From: Eledone cirrhosa | Lineage: Eukaryota | Assembly: GCA_964016885.1 (NCBI GenBank) | Contig: OZ024764.1 | Coordinates: 10,230,001-10,294,000 of the forward strand | Direction: 5' to 3' | Length of the DNA stretch: 64,000 bases | In this document: piece after piece, positions 51,623-64,000 of the stretch | How positions within the stretch are numbered: the stretch's first letter is position 1 | Layout of the letters: every line of letters starts with the position of its first letter | Position numbers and translations under genes: made by a program | Notes under the pieces: model-generated | What the model saw: only the letters and a program-made list of their open reading frames with translations | What the model was told of the DNA's origin: nothing | Database searches by the model: none

Positions 51623-52109
51623 AATAACATTAAGAAAGGCATGAACAACACCACACCTTTTACTTCAATTTTGAAAGTAGGTTTATAAACATTAAATTTC
51701 ATTGAACATTTGTAGCTGCTATGGTGGCTTGGTGGGAAATACCAGAAGCACTGGTGACCCTGGACTATGGTTCAATCCTGGTTGGGAAAAACTCACATAT
51801 TAGACTTATTCAATATTTTTTCTTCTCATTTCTAGAAATAAATACATGTACATAAAGTAAATTGGTAGAGTCGTTAGAACATCAGATAGAATTCTTTGTA
51901 GTATTTTATCCAGTTCTCTGCTCTGAGTCCAAGTCCTGCTGAGTTCAAATTTACTTTTCATCAATTCCGGGTTGATAACAAAGTACCATTCACGTACTAG
52001 GGTCAATTCTTCATTTTTATTTCTTTTCCACTCTCTATCCTTCTCTGGAAGAAATCTGATTTATTCAGACCTGGAGAGATGTGCTCTGCCAGGTTTTATA
52101 ATGAGTATG

Positions 52110-53490
52110 TGTCTTACTGAGGTCTGTGCCCTAGTTGGCTGGGTGTCTCTCTAAGGTATGTACCCTAGGGTGCTCTGTGTCTCTCAGAGGTCTGCATTAT
52201 AGGTGGCTGGGTGTCTTTATGAGGTCTGTGCTCTATGAGGCTCTGTGTTTCACTGAGGTCTGTACCCTAGGTGGCTCTGTGTCTCTCTAAGGTCTGTACC
52301 CTAGCTGGCTCTGTGTCTCACTGAACCCTAGGTGGCTGGGTGTCTCTCTAAGGTCTGTACCCTAGGTGGCTCTGTGTCTCTCTAAGGTCTGTACCCTAAG
52401 TGGCTGGGTGTCTCTCTGAGGTGTGTACGCTAGGTGGCTCTGTGTCTCACTGAGGTCTGTACCCTAGGTGGCTCCGTGTCTCTCTAAGGTCTGTACCCTA
52501 GGTGGCTCTGTGTCTCTCTGAGGTGTGTACCCTAGGTGGCTCTGTGTCTCTCTAAGGTCTGTACCCTAGGTGGCTCTGTGTCTCACTGAGGTCTGTACCC
52601 TAGGTGGCTCTGTGTCTCTCTCAGGTCTGTACCCTAGGTGGCTCTGTGTCTCTCTCAGGTCTGTACCCTAGGTGGCTCTGTGTCTCTCTGAGGTCTGTAC
52701 CCTAGGTGGCTCTGTGTCTCACTGAGGTCTGTACCCTAGGTGGCTCTGTGTCTCACTCAGGTCTGTACCCTAGGTGGCTCTGTGTCTCTCTCAGGTCTGT
52801 ACCCTAGGTGGCTCTGTGTCTCACTGAGGTCTGTACCCTAGGTGGCTGTGTCTCTCTGAGGTCTGTACCCTAGGTGACTCTGTGTCTCTCTCAGGTGTGT
52901 ACCCTAGGTGGCTCTGTGTCTCTCTCAGGTGTGTAACCTAGGTGACTCTGTGTCTCTCTGAGGTCTGTACCCTAGGTGGTTCTTTATCTCTCTCAGGTCT
53001 GTACCCTAGGTGACTCTGTGTCTCTCTGAGGTCTGTACCCTAGGTGGCTCTGTGTCTCTCTCAGGTCTGTACCCTAGGTGGCTCTGTGTCTCTCTAAGGT
53101 CTGTACCCTAAGTGGCTGGGTGTCTCTCTGAGGTGTGTACCCTAGGTGGCTCTGTGTCTCTCTCAGGTCTGTACCCTAGGCGGCTCTGTGTCTCTCTCAG
53201 GTGTGTAACCTAGGTGACTCTGTGTCTCTCTGAGGTCTGTACCCTAGGTGGTTCTTTATCTCTCTCAGGTCTGTACCCTAGGTGACTCTGTGTCTCTCTG
53301 AGGTCTGTACCCTAGGTGGCTCTGTGTCTCACTGAGGTCTGTACCCTAGGTGGCTCTGTGTCTCTCTCAGGTCTGTACCCTAGGTGGCTCTGTGTCTCTC
53401 TAAGGTCTGTACCCTAAGTGGCTGGGTGTCTCTCTGAGGTGTGTACCCTAGGTGGCTCTTTGTCTCTCTCAGGTATGGACCCTAGGTGGT
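52110..53490. repeat. 34-bp satellite array (cassette 3 of 3)
   Basis: Same unit. Confidence 0.95.
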
Positions 53491-53751
53491 TGCCAATCTG
53501 GACTTAATGGTGGCTCCAGTCCCTGTGTAAAATATATAAAACACAATATATATAATATATATGTAAAAATAATGTATATATAGCATGATGTATATAATAT
53601 GATATGTAATGTATATATAATTTAATATATAATGGCTATATAAGACAATATATAATGTATATATGAGACATATATATATAACAGAATAGATAAAATGTAC
53701 ATATAACATACTATATATAATGCAGGATATATAACAATACATATACATATA

Positions 53752-53814
53752 TATTCTGACGAACGATTTCAGACGTCTGTCTCGTCCTCGTCTTCGTGAA
53801 ACCTTTGGTAAATG
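53752..53814 (+). ncRNA. Type I hammerhead motif
   Basis: TATT-CTGACGA-ACGA..TCGT-GAAA-CC-TTT-GG-T-A-AATG; intact core, 4-bp stem II base, short stem III. Confidence 0.62.
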
Positions 53815-53860
53815 GAATAATTATTTTATGCTGTATATATAATAAAATTAAAAATCGATT

Positions 53861-53906
<46 letters not shown>

Positions 53907-54109
53907 AAACACATCAAACAATTACAGGGGATAATTTGTAAAGAGTGTAAACACACATAGTTACGTAGGTAACACATTAAAATTTAACGAGAACCTCAAA
54001 TATAAATACCTTGCAATAATGATTAATCTCCTTTGTAAATATTTCATTAAAGAAATATATTTCACCATTAATCGGCAAATCACAGATGTTAAATCTTGGA
54101 TCATCCACA

Positions 54110-55760
54110 AAGGAGGCATCTACTAAACTCTGAACACCTTGCTTCCCTGGACATGGATACATTGAAGCTCTGATGTCTGACAACTGACTTGGTAAACACC
54201 CACAAAATTATTAACCATCTTGCCAACAACAACCCTGAACAACTTTTTGATTCCCATGTGTCTAACACACGTGGGCATGCCTACAAATTCAGAAAACAGC
54301 ACAGCTACCATGACTTTCAGAAACATCTTTTCACACCCAGAGTTGCTGAAGCATGGAACAAACTACCTGCATCAGTTGTTAGCTGTCGAGACACTGCATC
54401 CTTTAAAACCTCCATGGAACAAACTACCTGCATCAGTTGTTAGCTGTCGAGACACTGCATCTTTTAAAACTTCCATGGAACAAACGACCTGCATCAGTTG
54501 TTAGCTGTCGAGACACTGCATCCTTTAAAACTTCCATGGAACAAACTCCCTGCATCAGTTGTTAGCTGTTCAGACACTGCATCGTTTAAAACCTCCATGG
54601 AACAAACTACCTGCATCAGTTGTTAGCTGTTCAGACATTGCATCCTTTAAAACCCCCATGGAACAAACTACCTGCATCAGTTGTTAGCTGTTAAGACACT
54701 GCATCCTTTAAAACTTCCATGGAACAAACTACCTGCATCAGTTGTTAGCAGTCGAGACACTGCATCCTTTAAAACCTCCATGGAACAAACTACCTGCATC
54801 AGTTGTTAGCTGTCGAGACACTGCATCCTTTAAAACCTCCGTGGAACAAACTACCTGCATCAGTTGTTAGCTGTCGAGACACTGCATCCTTTAAAACCTC
54901 CATGGAACAAACTACCTGCATCAGTTGTTAGCTGTCGAGACACTGCATCCTTTAAAACCTCCATGGAACAAACTACCTGCATCAGTTGTTAGCTGTCGAG
55001 ACACTGCATCCTTTAAAACCTCCATGGAACAAACTACCTGCATCAGTTGTTAGCTGTCGAGACACTGCATCCTTTAAAACCTCCGTGGAACAAACTACCT
55101 GCATCAGTTGTTAGCTGTCGAGACACTGCATCCTTTAAAAGCTCCATGGAACAAACTACCTGCATCAGTTGTTAGCTGTCGAGACACTGCATCCTTTAAA
55201 ACCTCCATGGAACAAACTACCTGCATCAGTTGTTAGCTGTCGAGACACTGCATCCTTTAAAACCTCCATGGAACAAACTACCTGCATCAGTTGTTAGCTG
55301 TCGAGACACTGCATCCTTTAAAACCTCCATGGAACAAACTACCTGCATCAGTTGTTAGCTGTCGAGACGCTGCATCCTTTAAAACCTCCATGGAACAAAC
55401 TACCTGCATCAGTTGTTAGCTGTCGAGACACTGCATCCTTTAAAACCTCCATGGAACAAACTACCTGCATCAGTTGTTAGCTGTCGAGACACTGCATCCT
55501 TTAAAACCTCCATGGAACAAACTACCTGCATCAGTTGTTAGCTGTTGAGACACAGCATCCTTTAAAACCTCCATGGAACAAACTACCTGCATCAGTTGTT
55601 AGCTGTCAAGACACTGCATCTTTTAAAATTCCATGCTTCCTGAAATTCGCCAACACCACACCTAATATTCCCCCTCCATACACACACACACGTGTATATC
55701 ATGACTCATACACTGTTCACTTTCCTGACATTTGTACCTTATTCTATGTACTATACATTA
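54110..55760 (+). mobile_element. CR1/L2-group LINE 3' fragment with a 61-bp array (about 21 units)
   Basis: Duplicate of 32470-33860 with more repeat units. Confidence 0.85.
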
Positions 55761-56499
55761 TATATTATTATTATTCACTATCTGTGATTACAGACTAAAA
55801 GCAAATCTGGAAATGATAGAGGGTATGGCGCATGTTTCTAATATTCTCAGACATAACATCCTTGATTCAATTTTGGTTATATATATATATATTAATTCTA
55901 ACGAGCCAGACAAATAGAATTCATACAATATCATCATCATCATTTAACATCTATCTTCCATGCTAGCATGGGTTGGACGGGAATTGTCCCATTTGAGGCA
56001 AGATTGCTCGGGTGACCGCGTCTCACTATATCTGGCAGGTTTTCTATGGATGGATGCCATTCCTAACACCAACCACACTTCCATTGTGGACTGGGAGTCT
56101 TTTTACTATGTCTTGTACATGACCACTTTACAGCATGGAATGGGTGCTTTTTGTCGTGACACCTACATGACCACTTTAGTATGGGCTGGATGCTTTTTGT
56201 CGTGTCGCCCACATGACCACGTTAGTGTGGATTGGGTGACTTTAGTTGTGACACCTACATGACCACTTTACAGCGTGGAATAGGTGCTTTTTGCTGTGAC
56301 ACCTACATGACCACTTTACTGTAGACTGGGTGTTTTTTGTCATGATACATACATAACCACTTTACAGTGTGGACTGGGTGCTTTGTGTTGTGTCACTTAC
56401 ACAACCTCTTTAGTTTGGAATAAAGTGGTTGTGTAGGTGCAATAAGGATTAATCTACTTTGTATATATTCCATTGAAGAAATATATTTCACCGCCATTG

Positions 56500-58983
56500 T
56501 CCCCGAACAGCTGAGCAAAGTGTCGCTGAAAAGCCGCACACATCTGCCCGAGATCGAGTAGCATGCGCCCGTAGTGGTCCGTCAAAGACTGGATCGTGGC
56601 TTTGTTGCCATGACGGGCCTACGCCACCCGAGCCCATCGAACGGCTTTCCTACCCTCGTGTCTGAGAGCATGCACCCTAGCTTTGACAACTCAGCCTACG
56701 TGTTTTGCGTTCAAAAATTGGTCGAGAGCCTATTTTGCCGCAAGCACGTCGGTCACGATGCCTTTACTAAGCGTAATTTGCTAACTAGTTCTCCCTCTAC
56801 TCTATTTTTCTCTATTACTAAACCCTTACTAAACCTAATAGACTCTATTCTAATCACTCTTTTCAGGGCAAACTACCATTTGTTGTTGACAATGGCCCCT
56901 GTCAACGCCCGCTTAACTAATTCACTAATCCGGTCTCTGTAAGCTTTCGTGTTGTTAATGACATGTTTAGCTTCCAGTAGCCGAGCCCCTCTCTATGAAG
57001 CCTATCTAAGTCAACCACACAGATCACGAATTAGTGGTCCGTGTAGTAGACTATCTTCAAATGTGGACAGCCTATGCTAGACCTATCTATTTCCCTAAAA
57101 AATACCCTATCTAGATATGATCTGGATGATTTGATGCAGTTTGTCCAACTCCACATTGACACATTCGGGAAATCCAACCAGTACCTGTCAGACAGTTGGA
57201 AACGTCTGAGCAGGTTTGCGAGGCTTTACACCCTCTTCCCCTATCCGCTAATCCCACACAGTGCCAGCGTGTATCTAAGGTCCCGTTCCAGTTGCCCACT
57301 AACACTAAAGAGCGGGACGTTCCAAGAAAGGTCTCCAGACGCTGGGAGAAGTCAGGCTGTCCTGCTCCTGTTGGGGCATAGACGGCCACTAGCCTGAAAG
57401 CTTGCCCTTCTCCGCTGGTCACGTCCAGCACCACCAACTTACCTTCTGGGTCCAAGACTTCTCCAGAATAACACAGCCCCCTCACCCCTGATCCGGGATG
57501 GCTTGCAGATGTGTACACCTTGTAGCCGCCGAAAAGGGGTGTGAATGCCTGTGCCTCGGAGATTCTGGTCTTGCTGATGGCCACCACATCTATGTTTAGC
57601 AACCTGGGATCATTTAGCAGGTGGCCCTGCTTCCAAGACGACCTCAGACCACGTGCATTTATGCTACCTATCCTGAGAGAAGCCATGTTGGCTAGGATAG
57701 GAGGAAAACAAGTGAGAGGGGAAAAGTAAAAACAATTTACCTGTGGCTCTTTTTTAGGAAGGGGGTGGGTAATCCATCCCTCCGACCAGTGGCTGGTTTC
57801 TCCACGAGAATGTCTGTGAATATTCTTTTAGTGATGGTCCCTCTGTAGTCTCCAATTGATGTGGGGAACATTTTTTTTAATGTCTTGTAATTTTTTGGGA
57901 TAATTTCTATTATTTTTATGTGTGGGGTGTAATTTTGGTGGTCTGTACGTAGTTTGTTTCTGCGGTGTTGAATGTAATTTAAAAGCTTTGTGTTGTCTGT
58001 GTCTATGGCTGTGTATTGTGTCTGTTGTTGGGGTGTTGGTGCTTTCTGTGTTTGCTGTGGTGATGTTGGAGGTGACGATGGGGTAGATGCTAATGGTGGA
58101 GTTGGTGGTGGTTGTGGGGGCGTGGCTGTTGATGGTGATGTAGGAGGTAGGTCGTTTTCATATTCTTTTTTGGGGGGCGAAGGTAGGGAGTTCTTCCTTT
58201 TTTTTTGTTGCGATGGTTTTCCATTCTTCGGCTTCATCGCACTCCTTGTCTGATTTAGCAATATGGGGAAGGGGCATGCTCTCCATTGCTTGTTGGTGGT
58301 GGAATAGATGGTGTTTTTGTTGTTGGGGATAGTGATTTTTCTTCTGCCACTGTGGTCTTGGTTGGTTTGTCCACTCTCGTCGCGGGACATGGTGTAGGGA
58401 GAAGGGGGGAGCGCGTGTATATGTTTTGGTGAGTTTGGGGCAGAAGGCCTTAAGGTGGGTCTTGTCACCTCATTCATGACACCTTGGGAGCCTACCTTCG
58501 ACAGTCACAGGTAGATGGCGACAGTCGTCCAGGTCAATTACATCAGGGACGGCCTCGATGCTCTCATGGGTTGCTTGGATGATTAGCTCCATCCCCGACC
58601 CTGTCCAATTCTTCTGTCTTATTCACGTCGAGGATAGTTCTTGAATCCTCGACGTCAGCGAGGACGGCCACCATCAACCCCGCGATCTCCACTGAGGGCG
58701 GAACCTGGGTTACTCGAACCCTCACGACTCTCTGCCCGCAGTATGTGGGCATTGCTATTATTGCCTCACTGCGGAGTGGTGCAATGGAGTGTGCTCTGGT
58801 TTCTTCTGGTGTAGCGAAGAGCACCCCGGGTTTTGTATGTTTTCTGGGCCCAGACGACACCCATAGCTCTTCGGACCTGCGACTCCGTTGCCCGTTCGAC
58901 TCGACACGATTTTGAGCTGATTGTGCGGTAACTGACCGAACACAAAAGCTTGTTTTCTATTATATCAGCTGGGTGGGTGAGAC
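56500..58983 (-). mobile_element. Tx1/L1-clade LINE remnant (duplicate copy, about 360 bp more ORF2)
   Basis: ORF2 start at 57686 is homologous to 35552; about 56538-56898 is missing from the first copy. Confidence 0.85.
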
Positions 58984-59174
58984 AACTGTTGTTGTCACCA
59001 CCACTGTCGCTGCTGCTGCTGTTGTTGTCACTGCCACTGTGGCTGCTGCTGTTGTCACCACCACTGACAGTGTCGCTGCTGCTGCTGTTGTCACCACCAC
59101 TGCCACTGTCACTGCTGCTGTTGTTGTTGTCACTGCCACTGTTTCTGTTATAATGTATAATATACATTATTATA

Positions 59175-61282
59175 TATCATCATCATCATCATTTTACGTC
59201 CGCTCTTCCCTGCTTGCAAGGGTGGGACGGGTCTTATTCAGCACAGCATCTCTCCACTTGTCCCTGTTCTTCGTCATCTCCACCGTAAGCTTCAGTGATC
59301 TGAGGTCTGTTCTCACCACCTCCGCCCATGTTTTTCGTGGTCTACCTCTACCACGTCTTCCTTCAACTGGCAATTCCTGGCACTTCTTCACCCATCAGTC
59401 ATCCTCCATGCGCATCACATGTCCATACCACCGCAGTCTCCTGTCCCGTACACTACATTCTATCTCTCTCAGACACAGTTTCTCTCTCAACACATCACAT
59501 GTCCATACCACCTCAGTCTCCTCTCTCGTACACTACATTCTGTCCCTCTCAGACATAGTTTCTCTCTCAACACATTCATGCTGGGTCCTTCACGCACATT
59601 TACACTGCACATCCAGCGGAGCATGCTTGCCTCATTTCTCTCCAGCCGTCGCATATCCTCTGCAGTTGCTGCCCATGTCTCACTACCATGCAGCATCGCG
59701 CTCCTCACATAGGCATCATATAACCGGCCTTTCGTATGCAGGGAGAAACCCTTCTTCCTCAGCAGAGGAAGCAGCTACCTAAACTTCTTCCAACCCGTCC
59801 TTATTCTAGATACTATGGCCTCGGAACACCCTCCTCCCATGCTATTCTGATCTCCTAGGTACCGGAAGCTATCCACCACTTCTATAGCACCCGCCTGCAT
59901 TTGAAAAATGTGTCTATCAATGCGACTTCTACTGTCTAATTTCCCTGTACATTTACTGCATACATATTTCTCCCTACCTGTTAGTTTGCCTGCTATCCCA
60001 CTACATCTCTTGTGTACCCAGGATCTGCATTGTGTGCATTTTATAGAATTTATGCCAGTTTCTTTTCTGCATATCGAACATGGCCATTTCCCTGTCGGAA
60101 TCAGAGTTTTGTCCTGTTTTCTACTCATCAACACTTTTGTCTTAGCTAGGTTCACTCTCAGTCCTCTTGCTTCCAACTGCTGGTTCCATAGCCAGAATTT
60201 ATTCTCTAGCTCCTCTATTGATTCTGCGATAAGAACCAGATCGTCAGCATAGAGAAGTTCCCATGGGCAGCCAGTCTTAAACTCCTCTGTTATGGCTTGG
60301 AGGACTATAATGAACAAGAGTGGGCAGAGGACTGAACCTTGATGTACTCCTACCTGTGTCTGGAATTCCTCACTAAACTCCATTCCTACTCTCACTTTAC
60401 TGACAGCACCCCTGTACATAGCTTGCACTGTCCTTACAAGCCATTCCTCTACACCTAGCTTCCTTAGGGACCACCAGATGACAGATCGTGGTAGCCTATC
60501 AAAGGCCTTCTCTAGGTCAACAAAGGATAAGTATAGTGGCTTATTCTTCTCTAAGAACCTCTCTTGCAATTGTCTCACCAAGAAGAGGGCATCTGTTGTA
60601 CTCTTCCCAGGCACAAAACCAAACTGCATCTCATCTAGTTTGACCCTTTCTCTAATTAGTTGTGCTAATATCCTTTCTGCCACTCTCCAGAGCATCCCCT
60701 TTACTTTTGTAGCAATTTATGAGAATACTGCTGCACCAGTCTTTGGGTATGACACCACCATATATAGCCTGATTGATGATGTGTGCAACCAGTTTAGTGC
60801 CTACATCCCCTGATGCCTTCAGCATCTCAGCAAGTATTCCCGATGGTCCAGCAGCCTTACCATTTTACATTTCCTTAATCGCCTCTTGAACCCTATATTC
60901 GTCAATCTCAATAGCTGGTCCCTCTGTCGGATCTACTGAGGGTAATTTCTCTCTCTCCCATTCATTCTCCACGTTCATCAGTCTCTCATAATGACATTTC
61001 CAGGCCACCTTTTTCTGATCATTCGAGACACTAAGTACACCGGCATAATTCCAGACACACTTATCTCCAACAACATCCTGATTTGCATTGACACTCTGCC
61101 TTGCAATATGGAACACCGCACGTCTCTGATCTTCCCATCGCAGAACATTGGCAAACCCCCTACTCTCAGCCTCCCTGCGTGCTAAGTACACCTGACGTCT
61201 AGCTTCTCTCTTAGCAGCTGTATATCCTTCCCTACTCCCACCCTTTTTCCAAGCCTTCCATACTAGTCTTTTGTCTCTAATG
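59175..61282 (-). mobile_element. RTE-clade LINE (duplicate copy)
   Basis: RT ORF 59775-60695 is nearly identical to 38110-39204, with a short deletion near 60684 and a local duplication near 59490. Confidence 0.92.
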
Positions 61283-61350
61283 GATCTAAAATATATATTA
61301 TATAATCTCTAATATATATATATATATACGTATAATATATAATATATATA

Positions 61351-62066
61351 TACTAGCCAAATTGCTGCGTTTCACACATTGTTTTTGTAAGAAAATGATG
61401 ACTGATTTTAAATCAGTGATATAATTTATGGAGAAAACTATCAGCAATCAAAAGCTGTTGTCTTTCTTCTTGAGAGTCATTTCTTCTTGCAACTCTATGG
61501 CGAACTCTATCTGGTTCTTGTCTTTCTTGATGCTCACCAAAGGTTTCATTTTGCAGAGACTCTGTTTGACTAGAAAGTCGTTCTTCCCTTGCATCACAGC
61601 TTTCAGAGTGACGACAAAGCCTCATCCTTTTTACATAACTGGATTTTCTTTTCCATGGCATAAGGGATGTCTGAAAAAAATGTCTAAATTAGCAAAATTT
61701 TACTATAAAAGAGAGGGGCTGTTTTTCTTGATTTACGTTTAATTAATAGAAAAACCCTGTAATAATAAAGGTTCCAATACTCAAGTTATAGGCTTCCAAA
61801 ATTTCCACTATAGGGGGTTTAACTCCCATTAGGGTATCTTAATATTATTGAAATTTGCTGAAATTTTGTGAATAAGCATCATAGCTTGTCATTTACCTAT
61901 GGTTTAAATTTCATATAAATCGAAGGGAAAACATTTTCAGCAGGGAACCCTTTGATTGAAATTACCTTGGGCAATGTAGTTTCAGGATATATATGGTTAT
62001 GGGGGTATATCTCCAAAACCATAGGAGTTTGTGAACAAACACAGGAACTACAACTTTATATATATA
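61351..62066. mobile_element. Helitron-like remnant (duplicate copy)
   Basis: Near-identical to 39732-40445. Confidence 0.5.
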
Positions 62067-64000
62067 TCATCATCCTCGTTTAACGTCCATTTTCCACGCT
62101 AGCATGGGTATATATTATATATAATATGTATATAAATGGACATGTTGTTTCCTTGAGCAAGAGACTTTATTTCACATTGCTTCAGTTTACTCAGCTGTAG
62201 GAATGAGATGATAGGACTGGGGTCCCTATCATTCCACTGCAAAGTGGTAGTGGAGGTGCCACGGCAAAAAAGCACCCAGCACTCACTGTAAATGAGGTTG
62301 GTGTTAGGAAGGGCATCCAGCTGTAGAAATCAAGCCAGATTCAATTTCCGTCCCACCCTTGCAAGCAGGGAAAAGCGGACGTAAAATGAAATGATGATTA
62401 AATGATGATGATAATATATAATATATTTATATTATATATCATCATCATCGTTTAATGTCCATTTTCCATGTTAGCATGGGTAGGATGGGTTGACCCTTTT
62501 GGGGAATCAGCTCAGAGGACTGTGCTATGCTCACCTGGGGCTGATTTTGGCTGGATGCCAACCATATTTACAGTGTGTGCTGGGTGCTTTTTGTCGAGTC
62601 ACCTACATGACCAATTTACAGGGTAGACTGGGCACTTTTTGTGGGAAGGGAACTAGGGAGGGTGGGGGAAGAAGTTTATGGCGTGGAATAGGAATTAAGG
62701 AGTGTGGTGGAGGATGGCTTGGAGAATTTGGGAGTGTAGATAATAGGGGAGGGATGGTTACAGCGATGGGAGGTGGATGGAAGGGGAGAAGGTAGAGATA
62801 GGTGTTGCCTATTAGATATATGCCTCAGCTCAAGCATATGTGAGGGCGGGTCTTCTGTAGTAATGCATAGCCCCAGAGGTCACGGTCCTGTGTCCTCACC
62901 TTGGTGAGGTGTAATTGTGCAAGGTCAGCTTTTATCACCTCATCCAAAGTCTTCCTAGGCCTACCCACACCTTGGCTACCATCAACTTTGAGTGCTCTGC
63001 ACCTTTTTATACAGCTGTCATCCTTCATACCCATCACATGTCCATACCAATGCAATCTCCTCTCCGACACACAACAACTGATCCCTCTTATGCCTAATTT
63101 CTCACGCAGTACATTTATACTTTGCCATTCACGTATACTGCAATTGCACATCCATCGAAGCATGGAAGCTTCATATATATAGTAATAATTATAAATTTGA
63201 AGACTAAAATCCAAAGAGGGCTCGATAAGGATAAATATATATCAAATATATAAGAACCATAGAGCAAATATTTATTAAAATAACAGATTAAAGTTTAAGC
63301 AAAGAATCGCTGCTTTCACCCATAAAAAAGTTTCAGAAGATCCCGTTAAGGATGAAAGCAGCGATTCTTTGCTTAAACTTTAATCTGTTATTTTAATATA
63401 TATATATATCTAGGGTGGGTGAAATTCCCGAGATCCCTATGTCAAACTCAGTCTCCCTCTTCTCGTGTGTCCGTGCAGGGGCTCCCACAGGACCACTGAG
63501 TGCAGTGTCAACTCTGCATGTCCAGCTAACCTCAGTCTGCCCTTTAACTTACGAGCTGACGGTGTTTTTATTTGGGGGGGGGGGGGCTCCCGTACAGCTC
63601 TGAGTTCTTCATCCTCAGTGTATATAATATATAACAAAGAGGGTGTGATAAGATACCAGGTGGACCATAATGTATCAGAGTACTCAATACTTAGGGTTGT
63701 AGAGTGGATATTAGGAACAGAGGCAGGACCCCGACGGCTGAGCTCTGGCCGTTTCGATAGCTAAGATCCGAACTGGTGGATTAAAAATCTAATAAGAAAC
63801 AGGAGCTTGGTAGTAGTGCCGGGATTTAAGTGTGGTATGGGTCGAAGGGTGTTCCATTACGGAAGTAGGAGCTAAAGAACAAAGATACAAGGTGGATCAT
63901 AACACAGCAGAGTACTCGATACTTAGGGCAGCAGAACTCAGCCGTCGGGGTCCTGACTCTTTTCCTATATAATATATATAGCTTCCGATATCTAGGTGGT

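Larger units (their letters stand above)
25350..64000 (+). repeat. Tandem segmental duplication: about 25350-43640 versus 43650-64000 and beyond
   Basis: The order fold-back element, Pol III-like head, 34-bp satellite, hammerhead, CR1 plus 61-bp array, Tx1, RTE, Helitron-like, SINE is collinear in both copies. Offsets are about 21.6 kb (38110/59775, 41205/62825). Confidence 0.9.

Overview
This is eukaryotic, repeat-rich animal DNA; the SINE/RTE repertoire suggests an octopus-like cephalopod (inference). The only host protein-coding gene I can support is the 5' part of an RBM19/MRD1-like pre-rRNA processing gene on the minus strand (exons at 6669-6634, 5183-5001, 3229-3086, 848-801). There is also an intact tRNA-Ser(TGA) at 10603-10684. 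The rest is transposon debris (RTE, Tx1/L1, CR1-like and CRE-like LINE pieces, tRNA-derived SINEs, TTAA MITEs, Helitron-like and possible LTR remnants) and seven minisatellite families. Several of these families visibly grew out of an internal piece of a transposon. From about 25 kb onward the window is a tandem segmental duplication with an offset of about 21.6 kb. The most notable unannotated signal is a set of minimal type I hammerhead ribozyme motifs, most with palindromic stem III loops and probably Penelope-like pseudo-LTR remnants, including an inverted pair at 23225-23545. Nearly all long ORFs in the supplied track are translations of tandem repeats. There is no CRISPR array.
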